Source: Pristiophorus japonicus (Eukaryota). Taken from it: a stretch of 64,000 nucleotides of DNA. A program made the position numbers and the translations under genes. The notes under the pieces are model-generated. The model had not been told where the DNA came from. It saw only the letters and a program-made list of their open reading frames with translations, and made no database searches. Below are positions 1-12,189 of this stretch, in pieces; positions within the stretch are counted from its first letter, which is position 1, and each line of letters begins with the position of its first letter. The stretch spans positions 66,278,001 through 66,342,000 of the forward strand of contig NC_091999.1 in assembly GCF_044704955.1 (NCBI RefSeq), in the 5' to 3' direction.

Positions 1-844
1 ATTGATCTGACAAATGGTCGAGATTGTAGGGCTTATCACTATTAGGAGGTTCTGAGGAATCAGGAGTTCCTCTGTCTTACGGTAGTGATTGCAATATATA
101 CTAAATTGACCGGTTGTATGTAAAACTCAGTTATGCATGTATAGCACTCGCTTTTTATGGGTTTTAAGAAGCAGAAACAGCAAATTGTGCTGCACAGTAA
201 AGCGTGATGAACCATTCGTTGTGTAAACCTTAATAAAGACTGAGAGAAACATACATTCAGTAGTGAATAACACATCCATCAAGGGCAGTGGAGAATTAAC
301 AGTTTAGAAACAAGGTTGGAATAGCATCTCAATCTCATGGGATTCTTAACGGAACTCGAACATTTTCACTAGAGTTCTCTTGGGAACAGGATAAGAAAGT
401 AGGTAATTGGGAAGAAGATAGCAAATTCTGGGAAGCAATTTCAATTCACACTTCATGAGGAATTGAGGCAAATTTAACACCACAGAATACCACATTCCAG
501 AAGGGTGACATGTGATGCAAGATGGATAGGTGGGGAAGCACCACTCAGAGCCAGTCTGACAAGGGTCAACACATTAATGTAAGTTCGTTGATAGTAGTAG
601 GCCAATCGATTTTTTTTAAGAGAGGTACACACCTCGAAAACTGTAGAAGTGTATTTGCAAAACTTCTGTTCTGGGAAGGTCGATCCGTGAAAACTCCCTT
701 GCATGCTTGAATAAAAAACGGTTGAAACGAAGTTTCGTCTGAGTGATTCTGTGATCGCTATTTGGGCGGGTAGGTGTCGATTCCTTATATCAGGGAGTCC
801 ATCTTGAGGAAGAGGAGTTTTCCTTCTACCCCAACATAGACAAT

Positions 845-1010
845 GATACAAAGAGGTTTAGAGATACAGCGATTGAGCGAGCGGTACAGAGAGCAAGAAA
901 AAGAGATAGAGAAAGCGAGAGAGAGAGAGATACATAAATGGATAGACTGATACGGAGATAGCGAGATAAAGAGAGAGATGTAAAGAGAGACAGAGAGAGA
1001 GAGAGAGATT
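845..1010. repeat. Degenerate (GA)n / purine-rich simple repeat
   Basis: Runs such as gagagagagaga and gacagagagagagagagaga; explains the Leu/Ser-rich ORF 826-1041. Confidence 0.85.
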
Positions 1011-1153
1011 CATGTTTGTGCTTCTTGATATAGATCTTCACTCCAAACTCAGTATCATGATTTCAATCCTGTCTTCAGACGCCGATTCGTCCTGGTTTTT
1101 GAATGGACAATGAAAGGTTGACAATGTTATAAAACCCGTCAGAACCTGTCAGC

Positions 1154-1680
1154 ATGTTTCTACCTATGGGTTGCAGAGATCTGTTCCCCAGACGCCGTTC
1201 AGGTATTTATTTCCAGTAGCTCCCCTGTTTACACTGAGGGTGGGCTTTGCGCAATGCATTGAGCTGTGTGTACATGTTACTGGCATTTATGAAATTGCAC
1301 GTGTGGGTCCAGCCTCTTTTGCTAGAGTGTTGTTTATTCTGATAACATGATGCCTTTTACTTGCTAATGCTCCTTATCCAGTCCAGTGAGGAAGTATTGT
1401 CCGTGTTTCAGGACCCACCGAGTATCACCTTAGGTGATGGGCAAAGTGTCACTTTGAAGTGTAATTATTCGACACCACCTCCTCACCGTTTTTTTTCTCG
1501 TGCATTCAGCAGCCAGAGGAAAATCCGCGATAAATACTCCAAACCACGATCCAGAAATAATGTAACTGCCTTTGGGAAGTGTCTGTTCTAGTTACATTAG
1601 ACAATGCCATAGGAACGGTACCTTTAACCATTCAATATTGCCAGGTGTCTGACAGCGTCATTTATTACTGTTCACTGGTC
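1154..1680 (+). pseudogene. T-cell receptor alpha/delta-type V segment pseudogene (leader exon ~1154-1202, V exon ~1382-1680)
   Basis: FR1 reads SVFQDPPSITLGDGQSVTLKCNYS. After a frameshift at the poly-T (~1490) it reads SCIQQPEENPR*ILQ (degenerate WYxQxP) and TLDNAIGTVPLTIQYCQVSDSVIYYCSL (YYC at 1663-1671). A 49-nt ATG...G|gtattt leader-sized exon lies upstream. Stops and frameshifts present; only a degenerate heptamer (cataatg 1680-1686) follows, with no nonamer. Confidence 0.8.
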
Positions 1681-1689
1681 ATAATGTGT

Positions 1690-2370
1690 TCTGTGCACAA
1701 TGTGCATGGCTGTAAGCCGGCTTTTCCGATCTGTCAAGCTCCAACTTGACAGATCCTCCACATCTCAGCAGCCAGCACATTGACATGGGCAAGATTACGG
1801 TATTTACCCATATCTTGCCCAGCAAATGTCCTGAAAACTTGAACCTAATAAAAGCAGGCGCATATCCTTCCTTTATAGGCATGAGAGTTTTAAATCATAA
1901 AACTCATAGAAAAGTAAAATTTAAAATACACATTTTTTGTTAAAAGCCCTGCCACTGAGGTAAGTTTATTTTAAACCGGAAATAAAAAAACATTAAAAAA
2001 AATTGGAAAGATTTTTTTGTTGGACAAAAATAGCTTTAATTTAAATAAATATTAAATGTGTGGTGTATTTTTTCTATTTTTTCTTTTTGTTTTGATGTTT
2101 GGCGGGTGTGTTTCTCAATCATAATAATCAGAACGCCAACTTATGGAGTTCCCATTATTATGAATGAGAAAATATTGTACCTTGATTGGCTGCCCAGGGC
2201 CATGTGATTCCAGCTCAAGCTTATGGACGATGAGACGTGCACGCCTCTGCTGCACAGCGTGGAGGCCTCAAGGCCTGAATTGATGGTAGTCGCAGCAATT
2301 GCAGGTAGTTCTGCCACTTTTAAAAATGTTTTCGTCAATCGCCCTCGGGAAGACATCGACTGGGATTTCT
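1690..2370. repeat. Interspersed non-coding repeat (unclassified) abutting the 3' end of the V relic
   Basis: Short inverted repeat gatctgtcaag...cttgacagatc and an AT-rich core; resembles common shark interspersed repeats from recall; family not established. Confidence 0.4.
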
Positions 2371-2734
2371 AGGCCATTGTTAAAAAAGAATGAAACGATC
2401 GCAGTTGCGACTGTGTTTGCTGACAGACATTTCGATGTACCACATGGTCGAGACCGTGCCTGTGATTGTATCAAAACCTAATGTGCAGCGTCAGGAAAAC
2501 ATTGTGTCAATTTGGAACAGTAATAGGAGGGCAGTCCTTCCAATGATGAAGTTTCTTCTTGAGAACTTAACGTTGGTATTTTTTGCACAAGAACGCACAC
2601 TTTCATATGTTTAACGTCAATGTTAAGAAAATACACAAAGGAATGTATTACACATTTGTTAGTGTTCCTTTGTTCGTGAACTTTACTGACCTGACGATTT
2701 ACCAGATCATTTTGCATTATCCTTTGATTACCTC

Positions 2735-3212
2735 AGGGTTAAAATGGAGAAGGGAGTGGCCTCGTGTCAGACCGAGAGACTTAAGCTTGAGTAGAGTGGG
2801 CCTATATTCTCTTGAATTTAGAGGAAATAGGTGATCCCATTGAAACGGGGACAATTTTTAGAGGGCTTGGCAGCGTCGATGATAAAAGGATGATTAAACT
2901 CGCTGGAAATTCTAGAACTAGGGGGGATAGACCCAGCATAACGGGTCCGCCATTTAGGACTGAGATGAGGAGGGATTACTTCACTCAGAGGATGGTGAAT
3001 ATTTGCAATTTTTATGTTCCCGGGGGCTGTGGATGTTCAGTTGTTCTATATTCGAGACAGAGGTCAATAGATTTTTGGGCTCAAAACGAATATGGGGATG
3101 GGAAGTGGAGATGATGTACAAGTTCAGCCATGACCTTATTGACCAGCAAAGCAGGCTGGAAGGGCCACATGACCTACTCCTGCACATATTTTTTACGTTC
3201 TTATGTTCTTAA
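2735..3212 (+). mobile_element. CR1 LINE 3' fragment
   Basis: GLYSLEFR..RGD.IET and PFRTEMRRDYFTQRMVN motifs; CR1 3' UTR ending ttcttatgttctta. Confidence 0.9.
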
Positions 3213-3401
3213 GAAGAAACGAGTCACAGGCGTAGGGGGCAATCTTGAAGGGCGCGGTAGTGCAAAACTGGCAATAGCGAATCGGTTGCACATTTTACAA
3301 GGCCGATAAAGACAAATGTCATGACAGAATGTCAGCCCAAAGAAAAGAAAGATACCAAGATATAATCCGAGTAGTAATTGAAGCCGACTCTTAAAGCTTT
3401 T

Positions 3402-4308
3402 CTAGTTTACTAACTTTACAATTCGATTGCAAAGATATTTTGCCGCATCCGTTAACCCCTCCCTGAATTTTCTCTCAGTCACTGCATAAATACACGTTTT
3501 GGTGCAGCAACTTAGGAGCTAGAGCATGTTTCCACTTTCCTGGCGAATGAACTTTGGGTCATTGAAATTAGAACCTGCGAAATAAGGTTCGTTTATAATT
3601 TTCCCATCCAAGAAATCTACAACATCCGTCATCCATAACAGGATAAAACTGCCCGAGATGGTGAAGAGTTATATGATGGACTTTTTCCGGCTCTCCATCT
3701 CTGGTTCACTCTCATTCTTTCCATTGATGTGGGTCCGGAGCGTCCTGCGGGCTCTGTTGGCTGCTACAATGTGTCTGACGGTCAGAGCATTCAGCAGCAA
3801 GATCAGAAAGAATTGGCGAACTGGGTTTAAAAGACGAGCAAATCAATCATACGCTGTCCACGCGAGTGAAGTGTAGAAGCTTGATTTAATATTACAAAAC
3901 CACGGGACCTTATGATTATATAGAGCGGTTCGAATATAAAGTACGACGGAACGCTTTTTAAACAGCTCAGTAAACGGACCGTTCCTATAACCACAGCCGC
4001 TGTTTTCTCGGTGCAATAATTTGTTTTCAGCTTCTGGCAACAAATGGCTACAAATCGATCAAAGGTGAAAGCGACCGTTAACCAGACCGAACTCTCCGTG
4101 GCTGCATAAATTAGCACAGTACTGAGAGTACACGCCGGGGTCAGGGACTAAAAACTAACTGGAAAATAAATGCCACGAATCCGATTGAATATCACAGCTG
4201 TGTTAACGAGCAGAAGATCCGTCACCGCCATGGACACCAGGTACCGAGTGATACATCTGGAGAGACCACAACTTCCTCGGGAAAGGATCACAATCACCAC
4301 TTAATTAG
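3402..4308 (-). pseudogene. GPR139-like class A GPCR pseudogene (large second coding exon)
   Basis: Acceptor ctctcag| at 4310-4309, then xN*VVIVILSRGSCGLSRCITRYLVSMAVTDLL...SVWLTVAFTFDRFVAICCQKLKTNYCTEKTAAVVIG...LILLLNALTVRHIVAA...DPEMESRKKSII...CCTKTCIYAVTERKFRE. In-frame stops and frameshifts present. Exon 1 not confidently located. Confidence 0.9.
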
Positions 4309-5347
4309 CTGAGAGTAAGAAGAAAATTAACATTGGGAAGCTACCAGTCAAAGTCTCAGCAAACATATAAGTGTGACAGTTATTCTGTGACATTTTGAGA
4401 CTTCATCCTACCAAAGCAGAACACCGTTTACAAAATATACCCCCAAAATTATTAGTGCGTTTCCAGTGTCACCTGTATCTCGACATTACTCCCGATAATT
4501 AGTTGTCAACTGTAGGATACAGTATAATATAACAGGAAAGTAGCTTAAAAATACAATCGTCAGTATTAATAAGTTTGCATTATGAGATTGTATTCTTTGA
4601 TAGAATCGACCACGGTTTAGATGAGGCCATTGGGATATTACAGGAGAATACTCAGTCAGCAGGAGGATTCACGTTAATGCAAATTAAGGCGCATCAAAGG
4701 GTTTGTGTAAGATTTCTCGCTTGTTTGTAGCTAAGACGCCTCCAAACTGTTCTATATTCTGTTGACAGCAGACATTTATAACCATACAAACTCTATATCT
4801 TCTACATAAACACAACTCTAATTTCAGCGAGACTGGAGTGTCTATGGTGCCACATTTCCATTTACAGGTGATGTGGCACATGGCAACAGAAACACGACAT
4901 GAGAATACTCTCAGAATTGATAGGTTCAGAGCTACTGATGTCACATCTAGGTTTATAAATCGGCGAAAGCTCACGGAGCGAAATTGCCCTTCACCCTGAT
5001 TGGGGTTGGTATCCTACTGGGGTTGGGACGTCCTGCGCCCAGTGTGGACGTACCGCCCCGGCTGCTGAATTGGGCTTATTGCCGCTCAAATGCAAAATCG
5101 CGCGTTACACTTACTTTAGTGGCGGTACAAGCAGCACTAACAGGGTGAGTAGTGCAGTGCTACGCAGATGCTCCACATAACGCTGATGCGGGTTATTGCC
5201 CCTACCCTTCGCCAAAAGGGGAGGGCCTCTGTGCACTTTGCAATCCTCTGGTCGTCTCCACTAAACCACCAGGACAGCGTGGAACTGGCCCTGCAGCCCG
5301 GCACCCAAAAGAGAACACCGGGCTCAACAATGGTGGCTTGGACCATA

Positions 5348-6487
5348 TGAACATAAGAACATAAAAAATAGGAACAGAAGTAGGTTATACGGCCCCTCGA
5401 GCCTGCTCTGTCATTCAATAAGATCATGGATGATCTAATCATGGACTCAGCTTCCCATACCCATCCGCTCCCAATAACCTCTTATCCCCTTATCGTTTCA
5501 GAAACTGTCTATTTCTGACTTAAATTTATTCAGTATCCCAGCTTCCACAGCTCTTTGAGGAAGCGAATTCTACAGAGGTACAATCCTCTGAGACAAGAAA
5601 TTCCTCCTCATCATTGTTTTAAATGGACGGCCCCTTATTCTAAGATCAAACCCCCTAGTTCTAGTCTCCCCCATCAGTGGAAACAGACTCGCTGCATCCA
5701 CCTTGTCAAACCCGCTCATAATCTTTTACGTTTCGATAAGATCACCTCTCATTCTTCTGAACTCCATATAATATAGGGCCAACATTTTCAGCCTTTCCTC
5801 ATAAATCAACCCCAGCATTCCTGGAAGCAAATTAGTGAACCTTCTCTGAACTGCCTGCAAAGCAATGATACCCTTGCGTATATATGGAAACCAAAACTGC
5901 ACACAGTATTCCAGGTGTGGCCTCACCAACAATATAGCTGCAGCAAACCTTCCCTGCTTTTATACTCCATCCACTTTACAATAAAGGCCAAGATACCATT
6001 GGCCTTACTGATCACTTGCTGTACCTGTGTACTATCTTTTGTATTTCATGTACAATTACACCCAGGTCCCGCTGTACTGCGGCACTTTGCAATCTTTCCC
6101 CATTCAAATAATGACTTGCTCTTTGATTTTTTCTGCCAAACTGCCTCACACTATCGAACATTTTAATCCATCTGCCAAATTTTTTGCCCACTCACATAGC
6201 CTTTCAATGTTCTTTTGCACATTCTTTGTATGACCCTCACACATTTGTTTTCCTCCCATCTTTGTATCGTCAGCCAACGTGGCAACGTTACGCTCTGTCC
6301 TTTCTTCCAAGTCATTAATATAGATTGTAAATAGTTGGGGTCCCATCACTGAACCCTGCGGCACCCCACTAGTTACTGGTTGCCAACCAGAGAATGAACC
6401 ATTCATCCCGACACTCTGTTCTCTGCTGGTTAGCCAATCCTCTTTACATGTCACAACCAAGTGAACTTTATCTTGTGCAGTACCCTT
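5348..6487 (-). mobile_element. CR1 LINE 3' ~1.1 kb (RT C-terminal half and 3' UTR)
   Basis: [26 protein letters not shown] and [11 protein letters not shown] motifs; aacataagaacata tail. Confidence 0.92.
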
Positions 6488-6619
6488 TGACCAAGCCAGA
6501 GGGGGACATGTAGAGCCAACCCGAGAGTCGGCAAAACGAGGAAGATGATGTCGCCAGGCTCTGGCGACATTACCTTTAACTTCTGCCTGCAGCGGATGTC
6601 AGCAAGCTGGGGTTGGCAC

Positions 6620-7125
6620 CCAAGCCTTGCGGCAAGCGTTCTCCAAATGCTATCCAAGACATCCTCAGCTTCCCGGATGCTCCAGAGTGAATCCATGCAC
6701 AGCTCCAGTGCCGCAATGCGTCTGACAGGAGCTGCAGCTCGACACCCTTCCCGCACACACAGTAGCCAGTCTCCCTGACTTGCCACATAGCACAGGAGGA
6801 GCAGAACACGGCTCTGGACTCTCGTGCATGACTTAACCTTTAGATTAACATAATTTGGCAACAATGCCAAAGGTTTCCTACTGATAAGAAAAGGAAAAGA
6901 AAAGAAAAAGAAAAAGGATAACTGCTCACCAATCAACCAGCCAATAACTTACCCGCTTGGCTGTGATGTTACTCTTCGATTTCTTTTTACTTCTATTTCG
7001 TTTTTTGATTTTTGTCGCTACACCAGCTGTTCCTGCGACTGCTCTTCCTCCCGATCTGCCGCAGACCTTTTATTGGCCTCCAACCTCCTGCTCCCTCTAG
7101 CTCCTCGAACTGCTGCTCCTCCCGA
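6620..7125 (-). mobile_element. CR1 5' UTR and ORF1 N-terminus fragment
   Basis: CSSCAMWQVRE...VCGK..LQLL and RIAALELCMDSLWSIREAE, matching ORF1 of the element at 60293. Confidence 0.8.
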
Positions 7126-7129
7126 TCAG

Positions 7130-7722
7130 AGTGCAAGGTTTACTCACATAATACATGGTGTACCCATACAATACAAGCTAAAATTAAGCAATACAATCTA
7201 TTCTCACACAATACAAGGTGTACATACGCATTACAAGGTTTACGCACACAACCCCAAGGTGTAATCACATAATAAAAGGTGTACACATACAGTAAAAGGG
7301 GTGCTCATACAATACAAGGTGTACACATACAACAAAAGCTTTACTTTCACAATACAAGATGTACTTACACGATAAAACGTGTGCTCACACTATAAAAGTT
7401 ATACTCACACGATATAAAATGTGATCTCACACCATAATATCAAAACTCACACTATATAAGCTGTATTCATGCAACAATGTCAGTACTCACACAATACAAG
7501 GTGTACTCACATAATAAAAGCTTTACTTATAAATACATGGTGTACTCCCACAGTACAAGATGTAGTCACGCAACACAAGCTGTACTCATACAACACAAGT
7601 TCTACTCACACAATATATCGTGACTTCAAACAAAACAAGGTGTACCCACACAAAACAACATATACGGAAAAATTACAATCTGTACTCACGCAATACGTTG
7701 CGTACTCACCCGATACAAAGTA
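7130..7722 (+). repeat. ~20-bp degenerate minisatellite (consensus tactcacacaatacaaggtg)
   Basis: About 30 degenerate tandem units. Confidence 0.9.
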
Positions 7723-7726
7723 TTAT

Positions 7727-8040
7727 CATTGGCAGTGCGTTAGAACGAGGATGACTTGCTTCCACGCCAAAAAAAGGGGTGAGTTCACAGATATTTCAAT
7801 GAAGGACCTAATATTCCAGGTTCCAAAGTACATCCTGATGGGTGGAAGAAGCTTGTGCATGGATTTTTTTTTAACATGTGGTGGCCGTTACACACCAGCC
7901 GCCACACGGGCTTGACAGAACTATGCCTTATTCCAGTGGCAAGGATTATCCAAGGTGTGCTCTGCTGCATGGACCGAGTGTGCACACATATCACTGTGTG
8001 GTCTGGCACGCGCTGCCAAATGGCCCCGAACTCACGCCTC
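7727..8040 (-). mobile_element. Short non-coding element sharing the RTE LINE 3' tail (RTE-related SINE)
   Basis: Reverse complement of 7727-7767 (gcgtggaagcaagtcatcctcg...ctgccaatg) matches the RTE 3' end at ~14056-14100 (gagtggaagcaagtcttcctcg...ctgcctaagatg). Confidence 0.6.
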
Positions 8041-8766
8041 TGTAACCGACAAGGCTATGCACTAAGAGCTGTGAAGTGGGATTAGGCTGGATAGCTCTCT
8101 ATCAGTCTGCGCAAACACGATGGGCCTAAATGGCCTCCTTCCGTGCTGTAAATTTCTATGTTTCTATAATGAGAAATAATTTACAGTATCGGGGTCGATA
8201 ACCAGGTGTTTGAAGGCCATTCATTTCTCTATTTCCATTTCGCTGTTAGTTAAAGGTACACAGATTGATTTCCCCTCAGTATGCATATTTAGTTTTTAAA
8301 CAAAAATCCTTCCTGTTAATAGAGACCCACATTCTGCACTGGCTAAGATGGCTGATGGCTTCAGACTTTAAAATTCTTGTACTCTTGTTCAAAACACGCA
8401 AAGACCTTGCCCCTCCCTATCTCTGTAACCTCCTCCAGCCCACCAACCCTCTTAATGAGGGAAAACATTTTCAGTGTCAGAAGGCTCGTTAGCCAGGGGA
8501 CACCCTTTTAAGATGATTGGCAAATGTACCAGATGCCACACGAGCGAAAAAAAATCAGCAGAGAGATGTTATGGCCTGGAACGCACTGCCTGTAAGGGTG
8601 CTGGAGGCAGATTCACTCTTTACTTGCAAAAGAGATCAATATTTGAGTTGGAAAGATTTGCAGGGTTATGAGGCAAGAGTTGTGGAGTGGACTAATTCTA
8701 CGGCTTAGGATGAGCAAGAGAGCAAAGAGTATTCCAGAGAAACTAGAACTGTCTGTAGAGAATTTA

Positions 8767-9167
8767 TATCCTGGGCAGGGAAGGTCAGTCCCATGGAATG
8801 TACATCCTGGGCAGGCAGCTCAGTCCCATGGAATGTACATCCTGGGCAGTGCAGCTCATTCCCATGGAATGCACATCCTGGGCAGGCAGCTCAATCCCAT
8901 GGAATGTACATCCTGGGCAGGGCGGCTCAGTCCCATGGAGTGTTCCTCCTGGGCAGGCAGCTCAGTCCCATGGAATGTACATTCTGGGTAGTGCAGCTCA
9001 GTCCCATGGAATGGATATCCTGGGCTGACAGCTCAGTCCCATAAAACGCACATCCTGGGCAGGGAAGCTCAGTCCCATGGAATGCACATCCTGGCGAGGA
9101 AGCTCAGTCCCATGGAACGCACATCGTGGGCACGGCAGCTTAGTACCATGGAATGCACATCCTGGGC
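8767..9167 (+). repeat. 35-36-bp tandem repeat, ~11 copies, derived from the start of CR1 ORF1
   Basis: Unit catcctgggcaggcagctcagtcccatggaatgta, repeated head to tail without spacers. Confidence 0.95.
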
Positions 9168-10000
9168 CATGTGGAAAGACCTGGATGACAACGTTGCGGG
9201 AAGTATTGTCAGCTGGAGCATTTTGAGCTCCGGGTTTCGGAGCTTAAGCGGTTGCTAGCGTCAATGCAGTGCATCCGCGGGGCTCAGAGTTTCGAGGATA
9301 ACACATTTCGGAGGCAGTCACCCAGCATCTTAAAATTGTGCAGGCATAGAGGGAATAGGAGACTGTCAGACAGACAAGGAGGAACTGACATTGAATACAG
9401 GAGTCCCCTGACTCGTTAACCTCTTTTCAGTTCTGGTTATTGAGGAGCACGTTGGTTTCTCTGGGGAGTGAAGCCAATGCCAAGTCCCCGGAACCATGGG
9501 TGGCTCAGCTGCACAAAAGGGAATGAAGATGAGTGGAAGAGCAATACTGGTAAGTTACTTGATACGTGTGGAATAGACAGACGTTTGACGGCTGCAGACA
9601 TGACTCCAGGATGGTTATTGCCTCCCTGGTGCCAGATTCAAGGTTGTCACTGAAAGGCTGCAGGACATAGTGAGGGGAGGGGGGGGCGGTGAATAGCCAG
9701 AAGTCGTGGTCCATATTAGCAGCAATGACAAAGATAGAAAGAGGGATGACGTCCTTCAGACAGTTTTAAGGGAGCTGGGAAAGAGAGTAAAAAACAGGAC
9801 CTCAAAGTTAGTAATCTCCAGATTACTCCCAGTACCACGTGCTAGTGAGTACAGAAATAGGAGGATCGAGCAGATGAATATGTGGCTTGAGACGATGCAG
9901 GAGGGAAGACTTTAGATTCCTGTGGCATTGGGACTGTTTCTGGGGGCGGTGGGACCTGTACAAGCCAGTCGGGTTGCACTTGAACAAAGCTGGGACCTAG
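9150..10000 (+). mobile_element. Decayed CR1 ORF1 (Zn-finger/leucine zipper plus SGNH esterase-like domain)
   Basis: ECTSWAMW..., ELRVSEL, GIDRR...RMVxxLPGA, VVHISSND...RELGKRVKNRTSKLVISRLLPVPRASEYRN. Confidence 0.85.
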
Positions 10001-10009
10001 GTCCTCGAC

Positions 10010-12172
10010 AAGCCAGGGAGAGCCTCAGCTCGGTGGTGGGAAAAGTATTGGACAAAATGCTGAGGGATAGGTTAAATCTTCATTTGGGAAGACACAGATT
10101 CATCAAGGACAGACAGCATGGATTAGTTAAGGGAAAGTCGAGTCTGTCTACCGATTGACCCTTAAAAAAGGAGGGAGAGAGAAAACAGGGAATTATAGAC
10201 CGATCAGCCTGATATCGGTAGTGGGTAAAATGATGGAATCAATTATTAAGGATATCATAGCAGTGCATTTGGAAAGAGGTAATATGACAGGTCCAAGTCA
10301 GCATGGATTTGTGAAAGGGAAATCATGCTTGACAAATCTTCTGGAATTCTTTGAGGATGTTTCCAGTCGAGTGGACAAGGGAGAACCAGTTGATGTGGTA
10401 TATTTGGACTTTCAGAAGGCTTTCGACAAGGTCCCACACAAGAGATTAATGTGCAAAGTTAAAGCACATGGGATTGTGGGTAGTGTGCTGACATGGATTG
10501 AGAACTGGTTGTCAGACAGGAAGCAAAGATTAGGAGTAAATGGTGACTTTTCAGAAAGACAGGCAGTGAGTAGTGGGGTACCGCAAGGTTCTGTGCTGGG
10601 GCCCCAGCTGTTCACACTGTACATTGATGATTTAGACGAGGGGATTAAATGTAATATCTCCAAATTTGCGGATGACACTAAGTTGGGTGGCAGTGTGAGC
10701 TGCGAGGAGGATGCTATGAGGCTGCAGAGCGACTTGGATAGGTTAGGTGAGTGGGCAAATGCATGGCTGATGAAGTATAATGTGGATAAATGTGAGGATA
10801 TCCACTTTGGTGGTAAAAACAGAGAGACAGACTATTATCTGAATGGTGACAGATTAGGAAAAGGGGAGGTGCAAAGAGACCTGGGTGTCATGTACATTCG
10901 TCATTGAAGTTTGGCATGCAGGTACAGCATGCGGTTAAGAAAGCAAATGGCATGTTGGCCTTCATAGCGAGTGGATTTGAGTACAGGGGCAGGGAGGTGT
11001 TGCTACAATTGTACAGGGCCTTGGCGAGGCCACACCTGGAGTATTGTGTACAGTTTTGGTCTCCTAACCTGAGGAAGGACATTCTTGCTATTGAGGGAGT
11101 GCAGCGAAGGTTCACCAGACTGATTCCTGGGATGGCGGGACTGACCTATCAGGAAAGACTCGATCAACTGGGCTTGTATTCACTGGAGTTCAGAAGAATG
11201 AGAGGGGACCTCATAGAAACGTTTAAAATTCTGATGGGGTTAGACAGGTTAGATGCAGGAAGAATGTTCCCAATGTTGGGGAAGTCCAGAACCAGGAGTC
11301 ACAGTCTAAGGATAAGGGGGAAGCGAATTAGGACCTTGATGAGGAGGAATTTCTTCACCCAGAGAGTGGTGAACCTGTGGAACTCTCTACCACAGAAAGT
11401 TGTTGAGGCCAATTCACTAAATATATTCAAAAAGGAGTTAGATGAAGTCCTTACTACTAGGGGAATCAAGGGGTATGGTGAGAAAGCAGGAATGGTGTAC
11501 TGAAGTTGCATGTTCACCCATGAACTAATTGAATGGCGGTGCAGGCTAGAAGGGCCGAATGGCCTACTCCTGCACCTATTCTCTATGTTTCTATGTTTCT
11601 ATGTTTCAGTATAGCCCCTCAAAATATTCAATGAGGGCAGGGCAATTGATGTAGTGTATATAGATTTTTCAACGATTTTGATAAAGTCCACATGGCAGAC
11701 TGTCACAAACGTATAAGCCATTGGGATCCAAGGCAAAGTGGCAAGTTGGATTATAATTTGGCACAGAGACAGGAAGCAAAGATTAATGGTTGATGGGTGT
11801 TTTTGAGACTGGAAGGCTGTCTCCAGTGGGGAATCCATGTGGCTCAGTAAAAGGTCCCTTTTTTATCAATAAATTGGACTTGAATGCAGACGGTATGATT
11901 AGGAAGTATGCAGATGACACACAAATTGGCCTTGTGGTTGATAATGAAGAAGAAAGCTGTAGACTGCAGTAAGATGTCAATGGACTGATCAGGTGGGCAG
12001 AACAGTAGCAAATGGACTTCAATCCGCAGAAGTATGAGGTTTTGTATTTGGGGAGGGCTAACAATGCAGGGGAATATGCAATGCATCGTAGGATACTGAG
12101 AAGTGTAGATGAATAAAGAGACCTAGGAGTGCATATCCACAGACCCATGAAAGTTTCAGGACTGGTAGACAT
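10010..12172 (+). mobile_element. Older CR1 ORF2 fragment split by a younger CR1
   Basis: SVVGKVLDKMLRD...QHGLVKGKS stops at ~10155 and resumes at ~11620 with EGRAIDVVY.DF...KYADDT. Confidence 0.8.
10160..11607 (+). mobile_element. Young 5'-truncated CR1 LINE (RT domain and 3' UTR)
   Basis: Near-intact ORFs 10155-10907 and 10904-11503: NYRPISL, QHGF, YLDFQKAFDKV, GVPQGSVLGP, FADDTK; (ttctatgt)n tail. Confidence 0.97.
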
Positions 12173-12189
12173 TATAAGTACATTAAGAT

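Noticed and set aside
1-800. Possible solo-LTR remnants (AATAAA at ~232 and ~710, ...tatatca end at ~791)
   Set aside because: No partner repeat, PBS or TSD in the window; cannot be supported.
8767-9167. CRISPR-like array
   Set aside because: Units are contiguous with no unique spacers, there are no cas genes, the context is eukaryotic and the unit derives from CR1 ORF1.
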